This document shows, one piece after another, positions 17,821 through 27,479 of a DNA stretch of 59,328 nt. The notes under the pieces were generated by a model. That model was not told the origin of the DNA and did not search any database. It saw only the letters and a program-made list of their open reading frames with translations. Position 1 is the first letter of the stretch. Each line of letters begins with the position of its first letter. A program made the position numbers and the translations under genes. This DNA comes from a virus (taxonomy: Duplodnaviria > Caudoviricetes): positions 1-59,328 of IMG/VR virus record IMGVR_UViG_3300010052_000181. One strand, 5' to 3'.

Positions 17821-18011
17821 TTCGCCTTGCGGGTCCGCTTGACCTTGGCGGCCTTCTCGTCTTCAGGCGGTGCCAGGTAGCCCTCCTGCTCGAACCGGGC
17901 CGCATGGTCGGCATCAAACGGATAGGACTTGCCGACACGCATACGGCGCGGCGTCTTACCGTCGACGCCGGCATACTGGAATTCCTCCAGCACCTTGCGA
18001 TGCACGATCAT
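17817..18011 (-). CDS. Small hypothetical protein
   Basis: ATGA coupling on both sides. Confidence 0.6.
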   Translation of the reverse strand: MIVHRKVLEEFQYAGVDGKTPRRMRVGKSYPFDADHAARFEQEGYLAPPEDEKAAKVKRTRKAK

Positions 18012-18361
18012 CCCATCACCGTCAGTTCGATCCGGACCAGGGTGTCGTCGATCCGGATATGATTGGCGAATTCGACGTTCTTCTCCGCGCCGGCGACCAG
18101 CACCTTGTCGCCCGTCCTGATCGGCAGCAGTGAGGACAGGCCGGTCGGGCTTAGGATCACCTTCGACTGGTTCTGCTTGATCGCGCCGGCTAGCTCGTCG
18201 GCGCCCACTGCTAGGACGCGAGCTCGAGCAGTGACATCAGTTTTGGGTCGTGGTGTTCCGGTCGGCGCTGTGTAGCGGCGCAAGGTGACGTCCTCGCCCC
18301 TGCGTTCCAAAGCTGCGTCCAGCCGCGCGATTGAGCCGGCCGGCGTGTCTTCCGTCGTCAT
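18008..18361 (-). CDS. Head closure/stopper protein
   Basis: Size, beta-rich, follows adaptor. Confidence 0.65.
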   Translation of the reverse strand: MTTEDTPAGSIARLDAALERRGEDVTLRRYTAPTGTPRPKTDVTARARVLAVGADELAGAIKQNQSKVILSPTGLSSLLPIRTGDKVLVAGAEKNVEFANHIRIDDTLVRIELTVMG

Positions 18362-19023
18362 ACCCAGCTGTTCACATAGCGCGACAGTCGGCCCATGATC
18401 TCGGGCGGAACGCCGGTTGTGTTCTTGCCGGAGGCCTGTCCGGGATAGCCGCCGACCCAGCGGTCGGTCCGCACCGTCTCGACGCCGGGGATCTCCACTG
18501 TGACCGCCTTGGCTAGCGGATCGGCGGAAGCCTCGGAAAGCCGGATGCGCGCGAGATCAGCGACGCAGCCTTCGAGGTCCGGTGGGATTTCATCGAACCC
18601 GGCGTCGTAGACTACCACGATCTTGCTGGCGCACCATTTCGATGGGGTACCGTCGATCAAGCGATCAAGCAGCCCGGATTCAACATCGATCGCCTCGGCG
18701 TCGAGGGTAACGGCCTCGTCGTCTTCCGTGAAGCTGACGATCGCGACTTCATGGCGCCGGCTGAGCACCAGCGTTCCGACCGACTGGCCTTTCGGGGAGA
18801 AGGTCTCGGTCAGGCGCTCCTGGCGCAGGGTAGGGGGCGCCCCACTGCCGACCACGACCGCACAGGCGTTCACGATCTCGGCCGAGAGCCGCAACGCCAG
18901 CGAGGTCAGCTGGGTGTCGCGGCTGGCGTCATCGGAGGCGAGCCCGGCGGCGACGCGCATAGTCTCGATCGACGCCAGCGAGGTATCATTCGCCGGCGTC
19001 GTCACCACGAGGGTTGAGCGCAC
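18358..19023 (-). CDS. Head-tail adaptor/connector
   Basis: VVYDAGF.EIPPDL motif. Confidence 0.75.
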   Translation of the reverse strand: MRSTLVVTTPANDTSLASIETMRVAAGLASDDASRDTQLTSLALRLSAEIVNACAVVVGSGAPPTLRQERLTETFSPKGQSVGTLVLSRRHEVAIVSFTEDDEAVTLDAEAIDVESGLLDRLIDGTPSKWCASKIVVVYDAGFDEIPPDLEGCVADLARIRLSEASADPLAKAVTVEIPGVETVRTDRWVGGYPGQASGKNTTGVPPEIMGRLSRYVNSWV

Positions 19024-19031
19024 GGGTCGGA

Positions 19032-19565
19032 TTACTTTTCTTCGGCGGCCAGGCGGGACTCGACAATACGGGCGATGATCTCGTCCTTGCGATTGTCCTC
19101 TGCCGTGAGGGTCACGTTCTCCTCCTTGGCGAGATCCTTCAGCTGCGCGACGGTCATGGCGGCAAGCTCGGCCTCCATGGCTTCCTTCAGCTTTGCAGCC
19201 TCCTCAGCCTTCCGCTTGGCTTCATCATCATCGCCACTGCTGCCGCCGCCAGCAGCTGCCTTTGCCTTTTCGGCCTCGACCGCCTCGGCGATTTCGGCGG
19301 CCGAGCTCTGGGAGGCATAGCCTGCCGGCGGGTAATTGGCGGCGGGGTAGCCTCTGGCGACCCACTCAGCGATCGTGGGGCCGTCGGTGCGGGGATGCTC
19401 GGCGCCGGCTTTGACCACGTAGCCCGCCTTTTCGAGATCGGCGAACAGCTCGGCCGGAACCTCATCGGAAGTACCGGCGAGGATCTCGCGGCCATAAATC
19501 GGCGCACTATCATCAGCGATCCTGATCGAAATCAGGACGTCCACTGCAACTTTCGACATTGCCAT
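19032..19565 (-). CDS. Head-module protein with C-terminal HeH/Rho-N-like motif
   Basis: MTVAQLKDLAKEENV......RKDEIIARI. Confidence 0.6.
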   Translation of the reverse strand: MAMSKVAVDVLISIRIADDSAPIYGREILAGTSDEVPAELFADLEKAGYVVKAGAEHPRTDGPTIAEWVARGYPAANYPPAGYASQSSAAEIAEAVEAEKAKAAAGGGSSGDDDEAKRKAEEAAKLKEAMEAELAAMTVAQLKDLAKEENVTLTAEDNRKDEIIARIVESRLAAEEK

Positions 19566-19570
19566 TGCTC

Positions 19571-20908
19571 CTACTTTTGACCGGCCGCGACGAGGCGGTT
19601 CGGATGCTTCGAATGATCGTAACGGGCTTCGATCTCAGCCGCTTCGGGCACTCGATCGTGCGGCGTCATCACCACCTTGATCGGGCCGTCGCCATCGCCT
19701 TGGAAATCGAGATCGACTGTGTCGTAGCCGTAGACCCGCTCGTTGAACGGAGCGTTCGAATCCAACAGCGAGGTGTTGCTAGGAAATCCGATCTTCATAC
19801 CGCGCGAGACCGCCATCCCGAGATGGAACTCGACGCAGGCGCGACCCTTCTCGGCCTTGTGGCTGTCCGAATAGGTGAAGTCGAAGCCGAAGAGACTGAG
19901 CCGCTCGACGCCGATGTGCACGGCGTACGCCACAGCGTAGGCGGCGGTGCTGTTGAAGTAGGACCAGCCGCAACTGTTGATCACTGCCTCAAGAGGGAAC
20001 TCGACAAGGCCAGGGAAATCTGGGTGGGCCCGGCTGGTGAAGATCGGGCCGGGATGGACGCGCATCCAGTCCAGCATCCGGGCGATATTGCTCTCGGGCG
20101 CCGCCGCGGCGCGCGCCATCTGCACCCTGACATCATCCATGTGGAAGACACGGTCGCACTGGATCAGGCCGCCGACGGCGTTGATGCCCCAGATTTCGTC
20201 CGTGAAGGCATGGCGGCCACCGAGACGCTTCGCCTGATCGACATAGGCTTCAAGGGACGGGCCAAGCCCAAGAATGCAGACGTGACGCGGCACATAGAAG
20301 CGCCGATGGTCGTGCGACCGCGCATCGCCGCCCCAGCGGATATCCGGAAGGCGGCCGTCAAACCCGTGCGAGATCTCGATCGGAAAGAAGTGGGATAGGC
20401 GGTCGATGTCGCCGAAATCGAAGTGAAGATCCGGAAGCGAGGCCTCGACGTTCTGCACGATGACCGAGATATTGTAGCCGTAGGTTCCAACCCGCGCATT
20501 ACGGCAGTCGAACCCGGCCAGGATAAGATGATAGAGCAGCACGCCGGCGTTCCATAGCGCGACGTGACCGCCGACCACCTCATGCTTCAGCGGTGGCACT
20601 GTCACCGCGAGATACCCGCCTGGCCGAAGACGACGGCGGCATTCCCGCAGGAAGGCACCGGGATCGACCTGATGCTCGAGGACATGGCAAGCCCAGATCG
20701 CATCGAAGTCGGTACGGGGATCATCCCAGGTCAGGAAATCGCCGATCACATCGGCCGGCTCGATCATCGAGATCGTGGTGACGTTGCGGTCGGCCGCGCG
20801 CATTACCGCGGCATGCTCGCCGGCGCCGCTGCCGACGTCGACGATGGTACGGATGTCGGAATACTCAAGCAGGCGCGCAAGCGCCTGGTCGCCTCGGAGT
20901 TTGGTCAT
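19571..20908 (-). CDS. Class I SAM methyltransferase fused to DUF115/Maf/CstII-like domain
   Basis: VDVGSGAG, HVLEH; C-half ILGLGPS...IWGIN...NSTAAYAVAYA...LFGFDF. Confidence 0.7.
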   Translation of the reverse strand: MTKLRGDQALARLLEYSDIRTIVDVGSGAGEHAAVMRAADRNVTTISMIEPADVIGDFLTWDDPRTDFDAIWACHVLEHQVDPGAFLRECRRRLRPGGYLAVTVPPLKHEVVGGHVALWNAGVLLYHLILAGFDCRNARVGTYGYNISVIVQNVEASLPDLHFDFGDIDRLSHFFPIEISHGFDGRLPDIRWGGDARSHDHRRFYVPRHVCILGLGPSLEAYVDQAKRLGGRHAFTDEIWGINAVGGLIQCDRVFHMDDVRVQMARAAAAPESNIARMLDWMRVHPGPIFTSRAHPDFPGLVEFPLEAVINSCGWSYFNSTAAYAVAYAVHIGVERLSLFGFDFTYSDSHKAEKGRACVEFHLGMAVSRGMKIGFPSNTSLLDSNAPFNERVYGYDTVDLDFQGDGDGPIKVVMTPHDRVPEAAEIEARYDHSKHPNRLVAAGQK

Positions 20909-20972
20909 TGTGTCGGATTCCTGTTGTCGGACAGGGAAAGGGGAGCAGCCGGGTGTCGGCCCGGCGCGAAGA

Positions 20973-21398
20973 TCAGGAGGCCGGCTTGGATGCCGCCTGC
21001 TGGATGGCGTTCACGGCTATCGGCACAGCTGCGGTGGCCGTCGACTTAACGCCGCACTGGACGTAGCGCTTGCCGCCCTTGTAGCCGATCTTCTTCGTGA
21101 CGTTCTTGTTAACGTTCGAAGTGCGCGGCGTGCCGGCGGCGATGCCGGCTGCGGATTCGGTTCCGATAAGATCCGCGTCGGCAACGGAGGTCATGGCGCC
21201 AGTGGTGTCACCTTCCTTGACGGTGACCGTGAAGACGGCATTCGTCGCGGTGATAGAGCCGTAGCCGATGTCGAAAAGCACGGGACCGATATAGCCCTTG
21301 CGGTCGATGATCTTCCCGACCTGACCGGTGCCGGTGGTGCCGATCGCAACAGGCGCGACGGCGCGGACAATGTTCAATCCGCTATAGAGATCGTCCAT
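20973..21398 (-). CDS. Putative head decoration/cement protein
   Basis: Directly after capsid; IIDRKGY...IGYKGGKRYV. Confidence 0.6.
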   Translation of the reverse strand: MDDLYSGLNIVRAVAPVAIGTTGTGQVGKIIDRKGYIGPVLFDIGYGSITATNAVFTVTVKEGDTTGAMTSVADADLIGTESAAGIAAGTPRTSNVNKNVTKKIGYKGGKRYVQCGVKSTATAAVPIAVNAIQQAASKPAS

Positions 21399-21504
21399 TT
21401 TGGTTCTCCGTTATGGACTGGATTCGGGGAGGGGTGAAAAGCCGACGCCCGCGTTGGAAGCGCGGGCGCCGCAGGAGCTCTAGGAGCCGGATCAGTCGAT
21501 CAGG

Positions 21505-22914
21505 TCAGGTCGAGCACTTCAGCTTGCGGATGGCCTCGGCGAGGACGACCTTGCCTCCGAACCGCTTGCGGAAGATGAAGCGGAGGTTGCCCGAGGTCGC
21601 CTGCGTGTAGGGGTCACGCAGCATCTCCATGACGATGCGATCGACCATCGTGTAACCACGGCGGAAGTCGCCATACGCAACCGGGTACAAGCCGGCGCCC
21701 TCGTTCGGCATGTCAGGGAACTCCGCGTAGGGATCACCGTCGATGGTGTTCGGCTGGCCCAGCTGGATGCCGGGCATCCAGATGTAGTTGTTCTGGCCAT
21801 CCTTCAGCTTGCGCACGGACCCCATCGTGGTGCGGTTCATGATCCAAGTCGCGTTGCGCGCGTATCCAGACTTCAGCGCATACTTCAGGGTCAGCAGGCC
21901 ATTTGCTTGGCCGTTGGCGTCGGCGATGGTGCCTGCAGTGCCGGAGTTGTTCTCGCCGACGCTGCCGTTGGTGAGGATGCCTTCCATCTCGCCGACGCCG
22001 GTTCCGGAGACGAATTCGGCGCCTTCCTTGACGGCGAACTGTTCCGATGCTTCCTCGCGGAGTTCTGCCTCCATGTCGAACGCGCTGTCCTCGAGCATCT
22101 GGTTGGAGATGTCGATCAGCGCGTAAGCTTCGGGAGCCGGCAGCTCCTCAAGACCATATGCCAAGCCGGTCGTCTCAGATCGGGTGCCCTGTTCAGTCAC
22201 ACGGCGCGCCGCAAACTGGCCAGTCCGCTTGGGGATCTGGATCGCCTTGTTTGCGGTGGTACGGACGCGAACCAGCGAGCGCGCCGGGCTCGACAAGGTG
22301 ATGGCCTTGATGATTTCGCGCACATACTCCGTCGGCGCCAAATAGCCGCCGGCGGTGTCAGGGGTGATGGACAGCGCCTTGTGCTCCGCAGCGACATCAG
22401 CCAGCGCCTTCTGCTGCTCCGCTGACAGGTTGGGGATGCCGATGGTGTGGGCAAGGACGACTGCGCGACCCCAGTCGTTGACCGACTTCTTCAGAGCAGC
22501 CGCCTTCTCTTCAGGCGATCCAGCGCCAGGACGAGAAAGCTTTGCCTCAAGCTTGGCGATCAGCTTGTCGGTTTCCTCCAGCTGGTCCTTGGCCGCCTTC
22601 TGGGCTTGCTCCATCTGGGCGAATTTCGCGCTGAGCTGCTCGCCGGCGTCCATCGCCTTTTCGAGCTTTGCAAGCTTTTCCAGGGTCACCGGATCGGCGA
22701 CTCCCTTCTTCTCGATCTCCCTGATACGCTGATCGTTGGTGGACTTGAATTCATCCAGCGCGGTCATGAAGCCGTCGACGGTCTTCTTCATGTCCTGAAG
22801 AATCTTCTCGTCATTGCCATCCTTGACCTCGGGGGCGACGGCGGGATGCGCGGCGCCGGAAAGCATGACGGCCGCGGCGAGCGCGGTGCCCGCAAGCAGA
22901 TTGGTCTTACGCAT
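21505..22914 (-). CDS. Major capsid protein, HK97 family
   Basis: Coiled-coil delta domain, GGYLAP, ISNQMLEDS, YGDF, KRFGG. Confidence 0.95.
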   Translation of the reverse strand: MRKTNLLAGTALAAAVMLSGAAHPAVAPEVKDGNDEKILQDMKKTVDGFMTALDEFKSTNDQRIREIEKKGVADPVTLEKLAKLEKAMDAGEQLSAKFAQMEQAQKAAKDQLEETDKLIAKLEAKLSRPGAGSPEEKAAALKKSVNDWGRAVVLAHTIGIPNLSAEQQKALADVAAEHKALSITPDTAGGYLAPTEYVREIIKAITLSSPARSLVRVRTTANKAIQIPKRTGQFAARRVTEQGTRSETTGLAYGLEELPAPEAYALIDISNQMLEDSAFDMEAELREEASEQFAVKEGAEFVSGTGVGEMEGILTNGSVGENNSGTAGTIADANGQANGLLTLKYALKSGYARNATWIMNRTTMGSVRKLKDGQNNYIWMPGIQLGQPNTIDGDPYAEFPDMPNEGAGLYPVAYGDFRRGYTMVDRIVMEMLRDPYTQATSGNLRFIFRKRFGGKVVLAEAIRKLKCST

Positions 22915-22925
22915 TGTGGGGTTCC

Positions 22926-23630
22926 TTAAGAGCGCAGCGCCTCGGTGGCCTTGCGCATTGTCATGAGGAGGTCTCGCGCGTGTTCACCACGCCGCTCCTC
23001 GGACTCCCCAGCATCGCGCTGGAGCCAATCGCGGAAAACAGCGGTCGCCTTCACGGCGTCCGCCCGCGACAGGTCTGCGTCACGCAGAGCCTTTTCCATG
23101 TCGCGTGGATTGAAGTTCTTTCTCGATTTGACGCCGGAGATCTGCGCCTCCTCGAGCATCGGAATAGCGACCAGCGAGATCTCCCAAAGGTCTACCTTCT
23201 TCAGGTGCCTTGCGCCGGTGGTGCGATCCCAGTCGTAGTCTTCGGTCCGGTAGCCGATAGACATGCCGGACACGGCCTCGCGCTTGATCAGCGCGTGCAC
23301 CGCCTTTGCCAGCGGCACCTCGAGGATCAGCTCGCCGCGGACCTTCAGCCCGACGTCATCTTCGGCGATTTCCGTCCAGACGCCGATCGGCTGCGTTGGA
23401 TCGTGGCTCCAGAGCATCGGCGGCATGCGCTTTTTCTTGCGCCAGGCCGACATAGACGCCTTGAACGCCCCCGGCTTGACGATATCGCCACCGCGATCAA
23501 GCAGATTGAATACCGACGCGTAGCCCTCGATCGTGCCATCGGTGACACCATCGCCGACGGCGAACTTGACATCGAAAGGAATGTCGAACCGCTCGTGCGG
23601 CAGTGTATCCTTGACTTCGAGCAACCTCAT
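22926..23630 (-). CDS. Prohead maturation protease, HK97 family
   Basis: EGYASVF, MLWSHD, GMSIGY, LWEISLV. Confidence 0.95.
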   Translation of the reverse strand: MRLLEVKDTLPHERFDIPFDVKFAVGDGVTDGTIEGYASVFNLLDRGGDIVKPGAFKASMSAWRKKKRMPPMLWSHDPTQPIGVWTEIAEDDVGLKVRGELILEVPLAKAVHALIKREAVSGMSIGYRTEDYDWDRTTGARHLKKVDLWEISLVAIPMLEEAQISGVKSRKNFNPRDMEKALRDADLSRADAVKATAVFRDWLQRDAGESEERRGEHARDLLMTMRKATEALRS

Positions 23631-25018
23631 TCTGAGGTCTCCTGTGGCAACGTGTTAAGTACTTTTTCGAGGTCGTCGCGCGCGGAGCGGATGCGGTTTT
23701 CATTGGCCCGCGAGAGAACGCGCCCGATCTTCTTCTCGATCTCGGCGTCGTCGAGCTGGGGGCCGCCGTTGTGTCCGATCATCGACTTCACCGCCGAGGT
23801 GACTTCCTTGGCCATTGCGTCGCGCTCGGCCTGCGTCCCCATATTCAGCGGGATCAGCGGCTCGTCGAGGCCATCAATCGGGTTGAGGTTCTCCCACTTC
23901 CGGACCTCGTTGCGAGTGAAGTACCCGTTGACGATGCCGGCAGCATAGAATTCAGCGCGCGTCTTGTGGTCGCCGCGAAGCAGGCCCTGCACGCTGAATT
24001 CCGCGGAGACGTCATCCTCGTCGGGAAAGAGATCGCGGGCAAGGACCTGCTGCCAATTCTCGATCCATGGTTCCAGCGAATGGATGACGTGCGCTAGGAA
24101 GAAGGCCTCGGCCGACGCGAAAGTTGCCGTCTTGTCTGAATGGCCAACCATCTGCGGGAAAACGCCGAGATCGCGACAGATTTCTTCGATCTGAAACCTG
24201 CGGGTCTCCATGTGCTGCGCATCGACGCCCTTCATAGTGAAGGGGGTCCACGTGGCTTCTTGATCCAGCACAAGCGTCTTGAACGCGTTCCGGAGCCCCG
24301 ATAGGTTCTCGGTGGCGAGTGCCTTCAGCCGGTCCTTCGCAGGCTTGCCGAGCGACTGCTTGAATGAGATCAGGCCGCCCGGCTGCGCGCCATTAGAATG
24401 CAGCCTGGCGTGCGTCTCCTCTGTAGCGATCGCCAGACCGATGGCCTCGCGAGCTAGATGGATCGCATTCATCCCGGCGAACCCATTCCATGACGGGCCC
24501 CGAAGATGCATGATTTCTTCCCGGGCATACGTAGTGGTCACGCCGTCGCGATCAGTGACGTCGTATTTCAACGTCCAATCGGCGTCCTGCTTCGGCACCA
24601 CGTTGCCAACAAGCGGGATCAGTTCGACCACACGCTTTTTGACGCCCCCGCGGCCGATGTAGGCGTACGCGTTGCCCTTCAGCACGGCGTGGAACATCAT
24701 AAGTTGGCGGAACTCGAACGATGTCATCCAGTCGTTTGGCCGCCGCCAAAGCAGGTTGTACACCGGATGCTTCTTGTCCGGCAGCTTGTTGCCTTTTTCG
24801 TCCTCGCGATAGACCTTCAGAGGTATCTGAGACAGCCCATTCGCCAACGAGCGCGTCGCAGCGAGCGCCGTCGACACCTTCAGCGTCGAATCGACATTCA
24901 CGGCGACGCCGGATTTGACTTTGGCCTCCTCTCCGAAGAGGCGCTCCCAGGTCAGTGCTGATATGTCGGTCGCCTTGGTCTCAAGCCCCGAGGCGATCGA
25001 CGAGAACAGGCCGCTCAT
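23627..25018 (-). CDS. Portal protein, HK97 family
   Basis: PNDWMTSFEF, GNAYA, DAQHMETR, TRNEVR..ENLNPI.G.D. Confidence 0.95.
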   Translation of the reverse strand: MSGLFSSIASGLETKATDISALTWERLFGEEAKVKSGVAVNVDSTLKVSTALAATRSLANGLSQIPLKVYREDEKGNKLPDKKHPVYNLLWRRPNDWMTSFEFRQLMMFHAVLKGNAYAYIGRGGVKKRVVELIPLVGNVVPKQDADWTLKYDVTDRDGVTTTYAREEIMHLRGPSWNGFAGMNAIHLAREAIGLAIATEETHARLHSNGAQPGGLISFKQSLGKPAKDRLKALATENLSGLRNAFKTLVLDQEATWTPFTMKGVDAQHMETRRFQIEEICRDLGVFPQMVGHSDKTATFASAEAFFLAHVIHSLEPWIENWQQVLARDLFPDEDDVSAEFSVQGLLRGDHKTRAEFYAAGIVNGYFTRNEVRKWENLNPIDGLDEPLIPLNMGTQAERDAMAKEVTSAVKSMIGHNGGPQLDDAEIEKKIGRVLSRANENRIRSARDDLEKVLNTLPQETSE

Positions 25019-25227
25019 TACGGCTCACGCCTGCGCGCCGTGAGTATCACACCGGCGAGGACCAGAGACCCGCCGGTGATGTACCCTGCCGACGGATGTA
25101 TGAGCCATGCGCCGTAAGAAATCGAACCGACAGCGGTCAGCCCGACGGCGTCACGAAACAGCGGCGGCACCGTTCGCGCGATCCACCCACCGATTTTCGC
25201 CAACGCCCCGCCTAACCGATCGACCAT
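25018..25227 (-). CDS. Small 2-TM protein between terminase and portal
   Basis: TGATG/TAATG coupling; ISYGAWLI.P.AG.I.GG. Confidence 0.7.
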   Translation of the reverse strand: MVDRLGGALAKIGGWIARTVPPLFRDAVGLTAVGSISYGAWLIHPSAGYITGGSLVLAGVILTARRREP

Positions 25228-26930
25228 CAGATCACCATGAGTTCTTCGTTGTTGAGGTACGAGCCGCCGGCGTTTGGATTCCGACCCATCAAGACGACGC
25301 ACCCAAAGGTCGCCATCAGCGGATCGATCTTGGCCGTGCCGGATACCTGTTTCGTGATCGAGATCGCGTTGCCGCGTGGCTCGACCCTCGCATTCTCGAC
25401 AGCCCAGTCCATCAGCTCGAGCCCGCCGTGCACCAGCGTGCCGCCGGCGAGCGCGCGTTCAGTTGTTTTGATGGCGCCGTTCAGCTGCCAGCCCTGCGGA
25501 ATGCCGACGATGCGTTCCGACGCAATGCCCCGGCCTTCGGCGGTCAGCGCCTTGGTGATGTCGGTAACGCCAAACGAGTCGACGCCGACCGAATCCTCCT
25601 CTGCGAGAAGGCCGGCTTCCTCGATCTGCATGATAAGCAGCGCGACCTCGTCGACGTCGTCACCGGGTTTCTGCACGATTGTCAGCTGGTTCAGTCCCTG
25701 CAAGTCCTGCAGCTTCGCCGCAATATCCTTGCGGCGCTTCAGCACGATCTTGTGGGCCCAGGCGTGGTTCCAGAGCAGCCAGCGGCCGGTCCCGATCTCG
25801 CGGCCGAGCGCCGCAAAGCCGAGAAGATCGTCGAGCCCGCCGCCGTCGATGTGCACCACGATGACTTCCGAACGCTTCAGAAGCTCGGCGAACGTCAGCG
25901 TTCGATCGACGTTCGACGAACCGGTCTCGGGGTTGCCGCGCCAGAACTCGGCGCCGGCCCAGCTATCCCCGCCGAGTGCGATGCCGATCTCGATGTTGAG
26001 GTGCTGTGACGCCCACAACCGGATCGCGGCGTCGCCCTTCGGTTCCTCGCCGGCGAAATCCTCGATCAGCGCCTCGATCGTGATGGACCGGTCGCGGTTC
26101 GGCGTGACCATCCACCAGTTCTCAGGGTTCCGCCAGGAGCCGTCCTTCATCATGCGGACGGGGAACTCGTACAGGATCGGCAGCATGTTGCCGACTTGCT
26201 TCCCGTCGCGTATCGCGCGCGCCTTCTGCAATTCCTCCTTGAAGATACCGACCGGGGCCTCATCCGACTGCGTCGTGATGATGATCAGGAAACCCTCGGG
26301 GAAGGGCAGTATGCCGCCCCTGATCTGCCGCAACACCTTCGCCGCCTTGGCATCCTTGCCGAGCTCGTGCAGCTCGTCGATCAGCACGCCGACCGGTTTG
26401 ACGCCGACCAGAATCTTGGTGTCGAACGTCTTGATCTTCAGCTTCGCGCCGTTGGTGCGGTCGCGGATCGTCTTCGTATGCTCGACGCAGTGGAACCGCT
26501 TCATCAGGTACGGGTCGGCTTCGATCATGCCGACCGCCTGGCTGAAGGCGGTCTCCGAAACGGCCTGCGTCGGGCCGATAAGCAGAAACTCGGCGCGCGG
26601 CCGCTCGTTGACGAGCAGCGCCGTCATCATGATCGCGGCGGAGCCGGTCGTCTTGTTGTTCTTCTTCGGGACCAGGTTGAAGATTTCCCGAATGAACCGG
26701 GCCTCTCCATCCTCGACGAAGCCCCCGAACAGAGCGGCCACGATGTCGCGTTGCCAGTCGCCGCACGCTTCGCCGAGCGTTGGCTGGCCGATGACGTCGG
26801 GCAACCTCAGCTTGTTGAAGATCTTGACCGCCGTCGCCGCCTTTTCAGCGTGCAGCGGCAGATCCGGGAGAAGCGATTGCCCGGCCTCAAGTCGCGTCGC
26901 CCAGTCCGGGCACGCCAGCGTGGCGTACAT
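25227..26930 (-). CDS. terL: Terminase large subunit
   Basis: PKKNNKTT Walker A variant, LIDELH Walker B, IDGGGLDDL nuclease motif, KIDP. Confidence 0.95.
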   Translation of the reverse strand: MYATLACPDWATRLEAGQSLLPDLPLHAEKAATAVKIFNKLRLPDVIGQPTLGEACGDWQRDIVAALFGGFVEDGEARFIREIFNLVPKKNNKTTGSAAIMMTALLVNERPRAEFLLIGPTQAVSETAFSQAVGMIEADPYLMKRFHCVEHTKTIRDRTNGAKLKIKTFDTKILVGVKPVGVLIDELHELGKDAKAAKVLRQIRGGILPFPEGFLIIITTQSDEAPVGIFKEELQKARAIRDGKQVGNMLPILYEFPVRMMKDGSWRNPENWWMVTPNRDRSITIEALIEDFAGEEPKGDAAIRLWASQHLNIEIGIALGGDSWAGAEFWRGNPETGSSNVDRTLTFAELLKRSEVIVVHIDGGGLDDLLGFAALGREIGTGRWLLWNHAWAHKIVLKRRKDIAAKLQDLQGLNQLTIVQKPGDDVDEVALLIMQIEEAGLLAEEDSVGVDSFGVTDITKALTAEGRGIASERIVGIPQGWQLNGAIKTTERALAGGTLVHGGLELMDWAVENARVEPRGNAISITKQVSGTAKIDPLMATFGCVVLMGRNPNAGGSYLNNEELMVI

Positions 26931-27343
26931 CAGGCTGGCCGACGATTGGCGGGCAAGATGTCGGACCAATCGGCGGTCGGCGGCTCGTTCGCCTCAGCCT
27001 CGGCCTGGGCCTTCTTGCCGAGCGGCTTTTGCGCCGGCTGCGTCGGCTCCCTCGGCTTCGGCGGCGGGTTGTATTCAGACCAGCCGGCGCGAGTCTTCAT
27101 CCAGAAGATTGCCGCGGTGACGGCCTCGCGGCCTTTGCCGGTGGCGATCTTATAGAGGTTGGCGCCGACGCGCGAGTTGGCGACGATCAGAGCTCGATCG
27201 ATCTCGCCGCGGTAGTGCTTTCGCAGCGTCTTCACGTCGATCTCAAGGACCGTCGCGATTTCCTCCTGCGTTACTACGACCGCCATCGCCTCGACCATCT
27301 TGCGTGATTTGGCGTCTGGATTGTGCCGGCTGCCCTGCGGCAT
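26930..27343 (-). CDS. terS: Terminase small subunit
   Basis: HTH (EIA..LEID.KTLRKHY..E), AAIFW.K.RAGW, GKK motif; coupled to terL. Confidence 0.85.
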   Translation of the reverse strand: MPQGSRHNPDAKSRKMVEAMAVVVTQEEIATVLEIDVKTLRKHYRGEIDRALIVANSRVGANLYKIATGKGREAVTAAIFWMKTRAGWSEYNPPPKPREPTQPAQKPLGKKAQAEAEANEPPTADWSDILPANRRPA

Positions 27344-27479
27344 ATGATGTTCTCATAAGTACATGCTTTTGCTGCATTTTTTCGCAGACTTGGCATTGCT
27401 TCTGTTTTCGATGGCGAGCAATCGTCGTTCATCGCGAGCGGCATGGTGCCGTCTCGGAAAACTACGAGAGGAACGACAG

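Noticed and set aside
25237-27120. 627-aa plus-strand ORF (also 48844-50847 minus, 33824-35167 plus, 15959-17101 plus and similar)
   Set aside because: Antisense shadows of well-supported genes in GC-rich DNA; no motifs and implausible composition
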